Assembly: GCA_024679065.1 (NCBI GenBank)
Contig: JAGIQG010000020.1
Location: 7,998,001-8,062,000 of the forward strand
Source: Sphyrna mokarran
Taxonomy: Eukaryota
Length of the DNA stretch: 64,000 nucleotides
Direction: 5' to 3'
Shown here: positions 49,795 to 62,518 of the stretch, piece by piece
Numbering within the stretch: position 1 is the first letter of the stretch
Layout: every line of letters starts with the position of its first letter
The notes under the pieces: generated by a model
What the model saw: the letters and a program-made list of their open reading frames with translations, nothing else
What the model was told of the DNA's origin: nothing
The model's database searches: none
Program-made: the position numbers and the translations under genes

Positions 49795-51735
49795 CCGTAG
49801 GGCAGAGAATAAATAAGGACATCATGAGTGTATGTAGAAAAGGCAATACATTAATCTGTGGTCAGTTTAATCTTCATGTAGATTGGGAAAATAAAAATAG
49901 CAGAGGTGGCCCTGAAGAAGAATTCATAGCGTGTAGTTGGGATAGTTTCCTAGAGTAATATGTTTATGATCCAACTAGAGATTAGGTTATTTGGGATCTG
50001 GTAAAGTGTGATGAGGGGATTTATTGAACAATTTGGTGTAAAACATCACCTAGGAAACTGGGACCATGACATGGTAGCAGTTAGCATTGACTGTGAGAGT
50101 TAGAAATTTGGAACAACTATGTCCAACTTAAATAAGGATAATTACAAAGGAATGATGGCAGAGGTGGCAGGAGTGGACTGGGAAAGTAGTTGAACAGAAA
50201 AGACAAGTAACCAGCAATGGCAGACATTTACGAAAATAGTCACAACAAAGATAGATCCCGCTGTGGAAAAAGGATTCTAGGAGGGGGTTAATCAACCCAT
50301 GGTTAAGCTCAGAGGTTAAAGGTCGCACTAAACTGAAAGAGAAAATATATAATTTGGCAAACGTTAGTGGACAACCAGAGGATTGGGAAAGTTTTAAAAA
50401 ACAACAAAACCTAATCAAAATTAAACAGGGAAGAGATCAGGATAAATTAGCAAATATTATAAAATTGGTCAGTGAGAGTTACTTCAAATACATCTAAAGA
50501 AAGAGAGAGGCCAGAATGAACACAGGCCGCTTATATAACAAGACTGGGAAAATAATAATGAGGAACCTGGAAATGGCAGAAGAATTAAATAAATATTTTG
50601 TCTCAAACTTCATGATAGCAAGGATGGGGTTGGGGAGGGCGGGGGAAGAGGACCCAAACACATAACTATCACTGGAATATAAGCATGAAACAAACTAATA
50701 GTTTAAAGGCTATAGGTGCTCTGGACCTGAAGGGTTTCATCCTAAGATATAAAAGGAAATAGCTGCTAAAGCAGTGGGTGCTCTGGTAGTCATCTTTCAA
50801 GGATTCCTAATTTCTGGAAAAGTCTCAGAGGACTGGAAAACTGCTAATGCATCAGCCTTATTTAGAGCATTTAGAAACATATTACATAATCAAGACATTG
50901 AGCATTGCTTCCTGGTGGGGTTTCGTATCTGACAAATGTATTAGAATTCCGTGAAGTGGTAATGAGCAAGAAAGATAAGTTCAAATAACATACTTGGATT
51001 TCCAAAAAAGCATTCAATAAGGTACTGCACAAAAAGATACTTAATAAGGTAAGAGCCCATGGTACTGGGGGTAGTATATTAGCATGAAAAGAAGACTAAC
51101 TACCTACCAAAAGACTAGGTTAGGCCAAGAAGGATATTTTCTGGATGGGAACTTGTAATTAATGGAATGCCACAGGAATCAGTGCTGGGGCCACAATTAT
51201 TTACAGTACATATTAATGATTTGGGCAAGGTACGCGAACGTACTATTGCCAACTTTGTGGATGAGACAAAAATAGGAGTGAGAAGGCAAATGGTGAGGAC
51301 CATGCGATGAGTTGAGAAAGGGATATAAAAACACAGAAAATGCTGGATAGAGGAATATAGATAAGTGAATTTTAAAAATTGATTTATGGGACGTTGCCAT
51401 CGCTGGCTAGTCCAGAATTTATTCCCACTCCTGATTGCTCTTGAGATGATGATAGTGAGCTGCCTTCATGAACTAAGGAAGTCATCAGGTATAGATGCAA
51501 GCACAGTGCTGTTAGAGATGGAGTTCCAGAATTTTGAACTAGCGACAGTGAAGGAACGGTGAAAACTTGGCAGATGAATTATAATGTAGGAAAATGCGAG
51601 GTTATTATTTAAATGAAAAAAGACTGTAGAAAGTTGCAACACAAAAGGACTTGGGGACCTCCTGTTTAAATCATAATAAGCTATCGTAGAAGTTCAGCAG
51701 GTAAAATGGAAGGAAAATAGAATGACAGGCATATC
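49795..51735 (+). mobile_element. Old CR1 ORF2 relic with a nested LINE fragment (about 51380-51560)
   Basis: Decayed FNLHVDWEN, DFQKAF and GxPQESVLGPQLFTVHINDL motifs. Confidence 0.75.
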
Positions 51736-52123
51736 AAATATGCCTACCACTCTATTGCCCAGTCACACTTTGGCAAATCAGACCCTAAGGCTGTGCTTCT
51801 GCACCCGGCTTACTCTCTCAGAAGACTAAGGAAAGTTGCATGTTAGCTGCGACTCTGACCAATTTTTACAGATAGAAAGTATTCTTTCTGGTTGTATCAG
51901 AGTTTGGTATGGTTATTGTACTTACTCCATATCGTATTAACAAAGCTAAATTACCATCCTTTCATTCCTGTCTATCCTTCAGATCCCTGAATATTTCGTT
52001 CTTAGCTTTCATCTCCTGTGACCACGTCGCTATAATGTCTATAATATCATACCTATTACCATCAATTTGTATGGTGGGTTCATTCATTTTATGCAGGACT
52101 CTATGTGCATTTAAGTAAAGAAA

Positions 52124-52380
52124 TTGTGGAGATGTCAGCGTTGGAATGGACTGGGCAGTAAGAGGTCTCGTAACACTATGTTAAAGTCCAACGGGTGATG
52201 TGGAATCACTAGTTTTCGCAGTATTGCTCCTTCACTGGTGAGTGGAGAAGTAGGTTTCACAAAAGTTGCACATGTAGACAAAGACACAATAACAAGATAA
52301 TGGTTGGAATGCGAGTCTTTTCGGGTAATTAAGTCTTTACAGATATAGACAGTGCCAGTGGAAAGAGGGGTAATCACAAA
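52124..52380 (-). mobile_element. Penelope-like element end, hammerhead core decayed
   Basis: Aligns with 30984-31315; minus strand cac-cagtga-a-ggagcaatactgc-gaaa-act-a-gtg has a broken CUGAUGA box. Confidence 0.6.
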
Positions 52381-53269
52381 GAAAGAGTCATTAATTTTAC
52401 ATTTTAATAATTTCCCCATTTGACCCTATTTGTTTTATTTTTAGTATTTGCATACGCTGCCCCTCCTTTCACACTATGGGTACCATCATCTGAATAGCTG
52501 CTGTACCTGTTTCCACTTAGTGTGCACTATCTGAAAGAATGGCGGGAACACATTCAATAATCCATTCAAGATGGCATTGGATAGGCAATTGAACTGGGAG
52601 GATGTTCAGAGAAATGGTTTCTTTCCTCTTTGCTATTTCATTCTTTGATCGTCCAAAGCAACAGACTCCTACACAGAACCTCATTCGTTTCGTTCGATTC
52701 ACTCAGCTGCAGAATATGTCTCACAAGTACCTTTACTGATTGATTCAGGGGAAAGACTAATTCCTTGCAACCCGCTAAAAGCAACAGAAGCATTATGCTA
52801 GACCGTGTCGTTTCTTTTCATTATCACCTGCTCACAGTTATTCATCTATTGAATGGTCAAACTGAAAATATCTGGATCTGCAGAGAATCGGACGGGTAAA
52901 ATGTTCTAATCCTAACAATCCAATTAATTCTAAAATAAATAAAAGCCAATTTCAATAATTATGACCGTTATAAATATTATTGCCAAGCAAACTCAGTTCA
53001 GGAACACTTAGAAATGAACAAAAATATTACCATTGATGCGTGTTATCCCAGAAAGAATATATTTTATAAAGGTGAAAGGTAAGAAAATAGGTGTAAATAA
53101 TTTAGCTTCAGTCAAGCATCATTATCCTTTCATGGAATATAACATGCGACACATTTATGGCATTTATTCGGCAATAACTTGCTGAGTTTTGTTTCTGCCT
53201 GATCACACAGCTGCACAAATATGTGTTAAAGAGTTTGGGAAAGAGCTAGAGCGAGGGCGGAGGCGAGAG

Positions 53270-54140
53270 GTAACATCAACAGAGCATTTGACCGAGTAGG
53301 AGTCGGGGAAAATACTCGATTGGTTTGAAATCGGCTATTATGTTAGACATCAATCTCCTCGGCTTCACCATATTGCTACAGGTGTTCCTCTGTGCAGAGT
53401 CCTAAGTCTACAACTCCTTCATCAGATTGGATGTGTAGATGTTCGCTGATGATTGCACAATACTCACCGCCATTAGTAACTCTTCAGCTACGAACCCAAC
53501 CTGTGTCCACACATAACAAGATCGGGATAACATTTAGATTTCGGAAACTTGCAAGTACCAGCCAATCATCGTCACCAAAATGAGAGAATCTAAGCATGGC
53601 TCAATGTGAAGAGTTTTAACGTCACTGAATGCTTCGTCGTTAATAATTTAAGGAATTCCTCCATTGACCTGAAACTTAATTGGATCAACTATGCAAATTT
53701 TGCTCTATAATATTAGGTACTCGGCAATACCTAATGCTACCAGATTGGCTAAAGCGTGCTAACACTCTCCAAAGCACAAATCAGAGTGAGTGAGTGTTGA
53801 TACTTGCTTAGATGAATGCAGTTCCAGCAACACTCATGAAATTCGACATTATTCAGGCCAAAGCACTTGGCTTGGTCAGTGCCTCGTCCGTCACCATAAC
53901 CAGTAGCTCCTCCCTACTTAGACGCAAAATAGCAGCAATGTGTGCCATGAACAAGATACGTTGGAGGAACTCAACAAGACAGCACCTTCCTTACTTCTAC
54001 CATCTAGAAGAAGAAGATCAGCTGACACAAGGAAATACCACCACCGTCAATTCACACATCTAACTCACTTGGAATTGTATTAAATTTTCTTTTCTGTTCT
54101 TGCCTCAAAATCCGGAACTCGCTTTGTAGAAAAGTCGGAA
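53270..54140 (+). mobile_element. Old non-LTR retrotransposon relic (YKAQVR-type family)
   Basis: Decayed MFADDCT and KAQIR motifs; aligns with 32860-33905. Confidence 0.5.
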
Positions 54141-55034
54141 AAACGGATTTTACCTTGCCTTTACCATATTCTGGTATCATACCGTGTATATGTGAATGTT
54201 GTTTGCCGTGTTTCCTACAAATTCTGCACTGCCTTCCCTTACAACACATCCCACAATTGAAGAAGAAACTGATTCTTAACTGCTTCTCCGTATGTTGCGA
54301 AACAAAACAGTAACTGGAGTTGTATCTGTCCTGGTATATGTCTTCTTAAGTCACTGGTTCAGGGCATCATAACCAAGGCTGTATTTATTGCCTTTCCCCA
54401 GTTTCACTTGAGAGAGTAGGAGTGCATCATCTATTTAATCCAATATCCCTGTATAATGAAGATGCTCCGAAGGTGCTCTGGCGGGGGAAGTTCCGAAAGA
54501 TTTATGCCTCAATGATGAAGGAGCAGTGCGCCATTGCACAGGAACCCCAGAGGGAATGGTTGCCCCGTGTTTTTGCTTCCATTGTCCCTCTAGACGCTGA
54601 AACTCCCAGGTTTAGTAAATGTGTCAAAGAGGCCTTGGTGACGTGTGCTGAATAGCATCCTGCTGATAACATATTTCGTTCACAATGCATCCGTGGGAGA
54701 AGGAGTGGATGGGAATGATGATGGGTCAAGGACTGAACGAATGGATTACTTTAACCTGGAAGATGCCAAACCTCTTGGTTATTGTTCCAGCTGCACCAAA
54801 TCAATCGCTCAGTCTTTCATAACGCTCATGACTTGTACAATATCACCGCCAGCACAGTAGCAGCGGCAGCACGTTGGCACAGTACAGATGGCCTCTTTCT
54901 GCACTGTAGGTTTCTGTGATATCCAGGTATTGGGAGAGAGTCCAAAACTGAGCGATTTGCTACAGTAAAACCTTATCTCTCAGCTAGACTTCGCCACAAA
55001 TCGAGTTCTTTGATCTTGAAGAACAGTAAAGGAA

Positions 55035-55378
55035 TCTTAGGAACCTTACAGTGCAGAAATAGGCCAATCGGCCCATCGATTCTGCACCGACACAATCCCA
55101 CCCAGGCCTTACTTCCATGTCCCTATATATTTTACCCGCTAATCCCTCTAATTTACGCATTTCAGGACTCTAATTTATCACGGCAATTTATCGTGTCCAA
55201 TCAACCTAACTCACACATTTTTGGGCTGTGGGAGGAAACTGGAGCATCCAGAGGAAACCCATGCCGATACGAGGAGAATGTGCAAACTCCAGACGGATGG
55301 TGACCCAAGATGGGAATCGAAAGCAGGTCCCTGAAGCTGTGAAGCTGCAGTGCTAACACTATGCCATCATGCCGCCCA
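55035..55378 (-). mobile_element. V-SINE (HE1-like)
   Basis: Head gggcggcatgatggcatagtgttagcactg...ttcgattccc, V-domain and CR1-type tail; similar to 10792-11116. Confidence 0.8.
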
Positions 55379-55709
55379 ACAGTAAAGGAACGTTAATCAA
55401 TTCCAAGTCAGGTAGATGTGTGAATTGAAATTAGTGGTGTTTCCATGTGTCAGCTAGTCTTCTTCTAAATGGTAGACATAAGGAAATTGCTGTCGGAGGA
55501 ACTTTGTTGAGTTTCTCCAGTGTATCTTGTTCATGGTACACATTGCTGTCACTCAATGGCACCATTTGGTTGAGTTTCTGATCAGTGATGTTCTCATGAT
55601 GGTATCATCTGAGTTTGTTTAAGAAAATACAATTGAATTCAAGGAAAGGCTGGATCATTACTTGTTTTGGACAAGTATAATATCTTGATTATCTGAAGAG
55701 ATTGAGAAT

Positions 55710-55995
55710 GGGGCAGTGGTGTCATGATAATGTCACTGGACCGGAAGCCGAAGCTAATGTTCCAGGGACACATATTCAAATCCCACCACTGTGCCTGGAA
55801 ATGTGAGCTGTAAAACTTGTTGGCCAAGGAACTGTCACTGATAGAACAATACATCCAAAATTAACATTAACACTTCGTGGCAGAAAATTATCTGTTCATA
55901 CCTACCGTGGCCTACATCTATGATCCTACAGAAATGTGGTTAACTCATAGCAAGACATTCAGTTTAAGAACAAATAGGATTGGGCAGCAAATGTG
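55710..55995 (+). mobile_element. tRNA-derived SINE with tail shared with the YKAQVR-type LINE
   Basis: A-box-like ggcagtggtgtcatgataatg, B-box-like ttcaaatcccacc, 3' end aataggattgggcagcaaatg. Confidence 0.5.
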
Positions 55996-56726
55996 ACAGA
56001 TGATCAACCTGAATCAGAAACTCACTAGAAAGCCGGGGGGAAACAGATGCAGGAGTTCAAATTGACAGCACTAGCCCTGATGTGCTGTACAGCAAAATTC
56101 AATTCCCTGACATGTTTCAAAAGTCCACATGATAAATCCGTTAATGCCAGATGAACTCTGCTATGAGGACTATCACTTTTATATCTTCGTCAACACTAGC
56201 GCCTTGGCTTCCTGTGGTCATGAACACTGCACCAGTTTAATGGCATACCCCCAAATATGCAGTCTCAAAAGAATACAACTGTTCCATCAACAAAGACAAC
56301 TTCTATGTTCTTATAGGCTGACTTGACCAACATTTCACCCGTTCGAAAGTTAGAAGGCCACTTGGAGTGTCGCTAAAGTATTCAGCAATGACTCCTCGGT
56401 CTTGACAACCGATTGCAAACTACTTGGAAGAATTGCAACAGAGCAAATTCATCCCAATAGCACAACGCGATAGTTCGACTCTTCCCTTTCAAACTGCCAG
56501 CCAAGGTACTTTTTAGGATCGGCCATTGTAGAAGTTGCCAACGTCACTACATGGAAGATTAGAGCAACCCCACTCTCTGTGTGCAGAGCTATTAGTCAGA
56601 TCCTGGAGTGCATCATTGAATATCGCTCTCAGAGCATACTCACAGGCAGCCTACAAGGAAGATATGGCCTGGATTTCTGATTTAATTGATATCTGATGCG
56701 TTATCATGCTACTTCCATAGAAAATT

Positions 56727-57802
56727 ATATATATAAATGACTTGGAAGAGGGAGTAAGTGGAGCGATCAGCAAGTTTGCAGACGATACAAAGATGGCTGG
56801 ACTTGCGGATAGTGAGGAGCATTGTCAGGCGATGCAGCAGGACATAGATAGGCTGGTAGCTTGGGCAGACAGATGGCAGATGGAATTCAATCCTGATAAA
56901 TGTGAGGTGATGCATTTCGGGAGAAAGAATGTAGGGGGGAGGTATATGATAAAGGGTAGACCTATTAAGAGTATAGAAACGCAGAGGGACCTGGGGGTGC
57001 AGGTGAACAAGTCTCTGAAGGTGGCAGAGCAAGTGGAGAAGGTTGTGAAAAAAGCATATAGTATGCTAGCCTTTATAGGAAGGGGTATAGAGTACAAGAG
57101 CTGGCCTTTAATGTTGCAGTTGTATAAAACGTTGGTTAGACCTCATTTGGAATACTGCGTCCAGTTCTGGTCGCCTTACTACCGGAAGGACGTGGAGACT
57201 CTGGAGAGAGTGCAGAGGAGGTTTACCAGGATGCTGCCTGGTATGGAAGGTCTGAGTTACGAGGAGAGGTTAGGCAAATTGGGACTGTTTTCCTTAGAAA
57301 GACGTAGACTTAGAGGAGATCTAATAGAGGTGTACAAGATTATGAGGGGTATAGATAGAGTAAACAGGGTTAAGCTTTTTCCTAGGATGGACTCAAATAG
57401 CACGAGGGGTCACGGGCTTAGGGTGAGGGGGGTAAGGTATAATTTGGATGCTAGAGGGAGTTTTTTCACACAGAGGGTGGTGGGGGTATGGAATGCGCTG
57501 CCAAGTAAAGTGGTGGAGGCAGGTACTCTGGAGTTATTTAAGAAATACTTAGATGGGCACATGAACAGAATGGGAATGGAGGGGTATAGAAAACTGATTT
57601 AAAATAGGGATCATGAGCCTTGGGAGTCCCTGGGAAGTGTGTAAATAGATGATGATATTGATTGTCTCAAATTTGGTTTTTAATCCATAGATCTATAAAC
57701 ATAGACAGGGATCACGGGTAGAGGTAGGAACATCGGGGTGGCGGCGCGGGCTTGTTGGGCCAAAGGGCCTGTTTCCCGCGCTGTTTTGTTCTTTGTTTTT
57801 TG
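56727..57802 (+). mobile_element. Young 5'-truncated CR1 LINE with an uninterrupted ~290-codon ORF2 C-terminus and 3' UTR
   Basis: IYINDLEEGVSGAISKFADDTK...QLYKTLVRPHLEYCVQFWSP...FFTQRVVGVWNALP with no stops to 57602; tail ends gttttgttctttgtt. Confidence 0.95.
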
Positions 57803-58569
57803 TTAAAAGAAAGAAATAAAGTTATGACAGTTGGTAAGATTCCACGTGAAAATCTAGTCTGTAAACTCAAATCTGTCGGCAATCAATGTAAGTCTTGTGC
57901 ACTGTTAATAAACTGATCGTTGTTCACTGTTTGAGAGGGGAGAGTCGATCTATCGCGTTGTACTATTGGGATGAATTTGCTCTGTTGCAATTCTTCCAAG
58001 TACTTTGCCACCGATTAGCATGACTAAATACTTTTTTCATTGTTAAATACTTCAGCGATCGTCCAAATTTCGAATGGATTAACTGAGTAAACCTGGATAC
58101 GCTTTCTTCGCTGATGTAACGGTTGTGTTCTTTTGAGACTGCACACTTATGGTGTATGTCATTGTTTTGATCATAGGCAGAATAGAAAACAACGGGCACC
58201 CATCAGAGAAATTACACCAGGCTAATGGAAGTCATAAATTTTCTGTCCAAGGCATTACTCTCACAACTCTGCCTCTTTCCGGATCGTTTTGCCAAATGCG
58301 CATGCGTGCAGTGCGCCGTGGTATGAATGTTGACGTCATCAGAGCGCGCCCATATTTTGCCGAGGCTCACGCTAATTCACGCATGCGCACGTCATCCGCG
58401 CATAATATTGTCTCTTGACGTCACGTAATTGGGCGTTATAGATTAAGAAGTGTCAGTTTTGGAGGATTTAATGATAAGGGGAGAGCCGAGCAACTTCTTA
58501 GGATCTTAACCTTGAAATTAGGCACCTGACGGGTTATTTTATTACAATGTATAAGATAATGAACTCTCT

Positions 58570-58950
58570 CTGTTCAGGTACAATCGATTTTTCCCATCAG
58601 CTTTTGACTTTCTAAATCGTTCATTCTTATGAGGTGCCCAAGAAATTCCAACTTTCTCTTCCTCATCTTGGTCAACGGAGTTGTTCTGGTCTCAGCGTTC
58701 ACTAGATCTGTTTATTGTTGCTGTGACTTGCCCAAGATAATTTCATTATTTGCCTCAAACACAACTTTGCTGTTTCAGTTCTTCCCTACCTCGTTTCCCT
58801 GATTGTCCAGCATTCACTTCACTCCAAATTAGTGTGGTGGAGCATTCCAGGGTTCTCAGCTTTGTTTCCATGGTAAATTTTTAGTTGATCATTATCTTTT
58901 TCAGTTTATGGAATTTATATTTGGCCATTTTAATCCTTTGCCTTATTTCT
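58570..58950 (-). mobile_element. RTE-clade LINE relic, 3' part; continues at about 60040-60240
   Basis: Minus strand EIRQRIKMAK...SECWTI...IMKLSW...MRKRKLEFLGHLIR; upstream piece KQIDKIDYPGSMLRSTGKCKQ joins to it once the nested LINE is removed. Confidence 0.65.
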
Positions 58951-58951
58951 T

Positions 58952-60038
58952 CTCTTTATTCATTTATGGGACATGGGCATCGCTGGCTGAATAGCATTGA
59001 TACCCGTCCTTAGTTGCCCTTGAGAAGTGGTGATGAGCTGCCTTCTTGAAATGCTGCAGTCCAAATGCTGTATGTTGACCCACAATGCTATTGAGAAGAA
59101 AATTACAGGATTTTGATCCAGCATCTGCGAATGACACATTTCCAAGTCAGGACAGTGAGTGGCTTAGAGGGAAACTTGAAGTTGATGGTGTTCTGATGTA
59201 TTTTCTGACCTCATTCTTCGAGATGGAAATGGTCGTAGGTTTGGGAGGTACTGTCTAAGGATCTTTGCTGAATTGCTGCAGTGCATCTTATAGATAGTAA
59301 ACACTGCTGCTTCTGAATGCCAGTGCTGGAGGGAGTGGATGTTTGTGGATGAAGTGCCAATCAAGGGGGCTGCATTGTCCTAGATGGTGTCAAGCTTCTT
59401 GAGCTGCACCCATCTAGGCAAGTGGGGAGTTTTCTATCACATACCTGACTTGTGCCTTGTAGATGGCAGACAGGTTTTTGGGGATCAGGAGGTGAGTTAC
59501 CCACTGCAGTATTCCGAGCCACTGGCCTGTTCTTGAGGCCACTGTGTTTATATGGCGAGTCCAGTTGAGTTTCTGGTCAACGATGACCAACACGAGGGGA
59601 CATAACTTTAAATTAAGAGGTGGTAGTTATAGGACGGATGTCAGAGGCAGGTTCTTTACACAGAGGGTGGTGAGGGCGTGGAATGCCCTGCCTGCAGCAG
59701 TTGTGGACTCGCCTACTTCGGGGGCATTCAAATGGTCGGTGGATAGGCATATGGATGATATTGGAATAGTTTAGGTTAGAGGGTCCTCTAACCTAAACTG
59801 GCCGGTGCAACATCGAGGGCCGGAGGGCCTGTACTGCGCTGTAATGTTCTATGTTCTATGTTCTATGTTTAACGATAAGGACCGTTCAAGGATGCTGGGG
59901 AATTCAGTGATGGTAATATGATTGAATGTCAAGGAGCTGTGGTTAAAGTGTCTCTTATTGGTGATGATCATTGCCTGGCATATGTGTGGCGTGAATGTTA
60001 TTTGCCACTTGTCTGCCCAAACCTGAATATTGTCTAGA
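58952..60038 (-). mobile_element. Non-LTR retrotransposon (YKAQVR-type family) nested in RTE and itself interrupted by CR1
   Basis: QDLDNIQVWADKWQITFTPHICQAM...IYKAQVR; 3' end gggcaactaaggacgggtatcaatgc...cccataaatgaataaa. Confidence 0.75.
59585..59870 (+). mobile_element. CR1 3' fragment with 6-bp TSD
   Basis: TRGHNFKLRGG...FFTQRVVRAWNALP; (TATGTTC)n tail; TSD aacgat at 59579-59584 and 59871-59876. Confidence 0.9.
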
Positions 60039-61334
60039 TCTTGTTTGCACTTTCCAGTTGATCTTAACATACTTCCTGGGTAATCAATTTTGTCTATCTG
60101 TTTGGCCTCTTCGTTCTTCACTGTGACCTTATATTCTGATATGACTTCCTTTTTGCACATTTCTACACAGTTTATTTCTTACAATTTATGCTCAGCCCTT
60201 TTTACTTTCATTCACTGCTCTGTCTAAAACAATTTGCAATTTTTCTACAGAATGGACAATAAGAAGTGTCATGAGCATATTATATATTATTAAAGTTGTA
60301 ATCTACATTTAGCAATCCAGGAAGGCATTTGATCTCTGGTAGAATATTTTCACAATACAAATGTTAACACTGTAAGGTTACTGTCAGTAAAATTGAAGTG
60401 AGATGATGGAACAGATGTTTAACGTCATGACAAAACGTAAAAATAAATCTGATTCCCAGATGTCTCATAGTAACACGGAATAGTCCAAGAAGGAGGGCAC
60501 TGGAGATATGACCAATTTTACTTAAAGCTGTAAGATTTCGAAAAGGTGCTACAGAAGCAGAACAAGATGCAGACAAAGAAAGAGTAATGAAGGGATTTCA
60601 TAAAGGTGCTAATTCAACACGGTTAACAATGGTGGGAGAAGATAGAGAGAGATACAACCGTGAAGTGATGATAAATACTCTGAAGAACCCACCTTTACAG
60701 CTGCGATGCAGAGTCTTTACCAGTGGATCTTTGCACTAGTCTATTGAACTATCAATACTTGCAGGGTTTAGCGATCCCTATATTTTGTAGCAATTAAAAT
60801 ACGGCAGGGCTAATTGAGAGCAATTTTGACTCTGCGATAACATTCGAGATAATATTCGAGTGAATCGATAACCCATTTTGCATTTTCCCTAATTTTTATT
60901 TCCATAGACTTCTGTCTCTTTCAGTACTTAGCTGCTCCAGTGAGGCATTCACTACTTGCATACGCTCATGATTAAAATAGCCTTAAAAGATTTGTCTATA
61001 AATCTCATCGCCTCCTGCCAGTATCACACCTGTAGGTGCGTCTCCCTGTGTAAACGTTATCAGGTCATTTAAAAGAAGAGTTGTAGAATTTTCAGTCCAC
61101 ATACTCCACAACGTCAAGTCATCAAAACAATTGGCCTGGTAACCGGCCAGTAGTTATACCAAGTACAGCATTGTCTAATTCATATCGGTTCTGTTTCAGA
61201 TGCAAGCACCAGGGTAGAAGGTCATTTGACTTTTAACTGGAAAGTGTAACCAACGGCTGCTCTGTGAAGTAGCGAAAAGCTGAATGCATTTTGTACCCAA
61301 AGGGAAAGGGTTAATGTATTTTGTACCTAGAATA

Positions 61335-62100
61335 TGTCATAAACATAACCCCTCATCATGACTAACCTCCTTTAGCTTATACTGTTCTTTAACTTAAGTT
61401 ATTTGTTCATGTCTTACATGCTTTAACTTTAATTTATATAAAGACAGATAGTTTAATGTGGCTGTTATTTTGTAGACTTTGTAAATCTTACCTATTTGTG
61501 TTAGTTAGATATCGTTACACAGATGGTAGTTTACGATACCGGCTTTTAAAAGCTGCTGATGGCAGATCGCGATACCGGCTTTTAACAGGAAAAGTCCTGC
61601 TCGGACAGCCGCGATCGCATAAGTAACTTCAAAGACAGGGAAGCGGTACTGTTGCAGAAAGAGCTCCTGTATCCTGACTGCAGAACTGTAATTCCTGATT
61701 AACTCTGGGGCTGCATCACGACCCAGGAAGGAAGAACTGGAGGTCTGGCAGGAATTGGAACTTTGATTCGTGATTCCTGCTGGAGCTCATCATGTACAAA
61801 TGCCTACTTGTGTTTGTGTTCTATGAGAAGTCTAGTAAGCTTTAATCGGAATGTAGCGATGCCGGCGTTGGACTGGGGTAAACTCACTAAAGTCTGGCAA
61901 CACCAATTTTGAATCCAACCGATTTATTTGATAGTAAATTTACTATCTAATGTACTATCTGATATTTACTATCAAATAAATCGGTTGGATTCAAAATTGG
62001 TGTTGCCAGACTTTACTGAGCTTTAATCGGAGCCAGTTTCTCCCCAAAGCTTTGGAATGTTCTGACTCATTGTCTCGGAGGTATAATTTTACCTACGACA
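61335..62100. mobile_element. Possible solo LTR upstream of cluster D
   Basis: TGTCAT...ACGACA termini; internal tandem duplication with 36-nt period (cgataccggcttttaa at 61534 and 61570); no TSD seen. Confidence 0.3.
61851..62020. repeat. Fold-back insertion derived from a Penelope-like element end
   Basis: Perfect 52-bp inverted arms 61888-61939 and 61964-62015; direct repeat agctttaatcgga at 61838-61850 and 62019-62031; 5' part resembles the 30984 and 52124 elements. Confidence 0.8.
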
Positions 62101-62518
62101 TCTGTAAATGTGGATTCAATTCTCTCCCGCAATAAATGCCGCAAAACAAATTCCTCCATTATAGAGCTGGCTCTGTGGGTCACAACCCTTCAACCAGTGC
62201 AGCACAATGGGTCTCTGCTCTTCACCTTACCCCGTTATATCCTCAATTGTAACCGCAGCGATCTTATTTTGCACAGTTCAGTAAATCATAAACCTAACGG
62301 TCCTCAGTTAATAGTAATTGTAATGCATTCGATACTGTTCTATGACAATTTTATCAATGGTAAAGCCATTCACTTCACGGTAGATAAAATCTGTAATAAT
62401 GGAGGCTAAAGTGATGAATAATCTGCATCATGAATTTCTGAAGATTCCTTTCCCCAGTTTCTGGAAGACCAACTACTTTCCTGGTGAAACTGGCTGCATA
62501 TTATTTAGTTGGGATTGT

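Noticed and set aside
54510-54535. atgatgaaggagcagtgcg resembling the hammerhead motif
   Set aside because: Lacks the C of CUGAUGA and the downstream GAAA; sits in a decayed LINE segment.
56742-57602. 286-aa ORF as a host gene
   Set aside because: It is the C-terminal part of CR1 ORF2 with a CR1 tail, a 5'-truncated retrotransposon copy.
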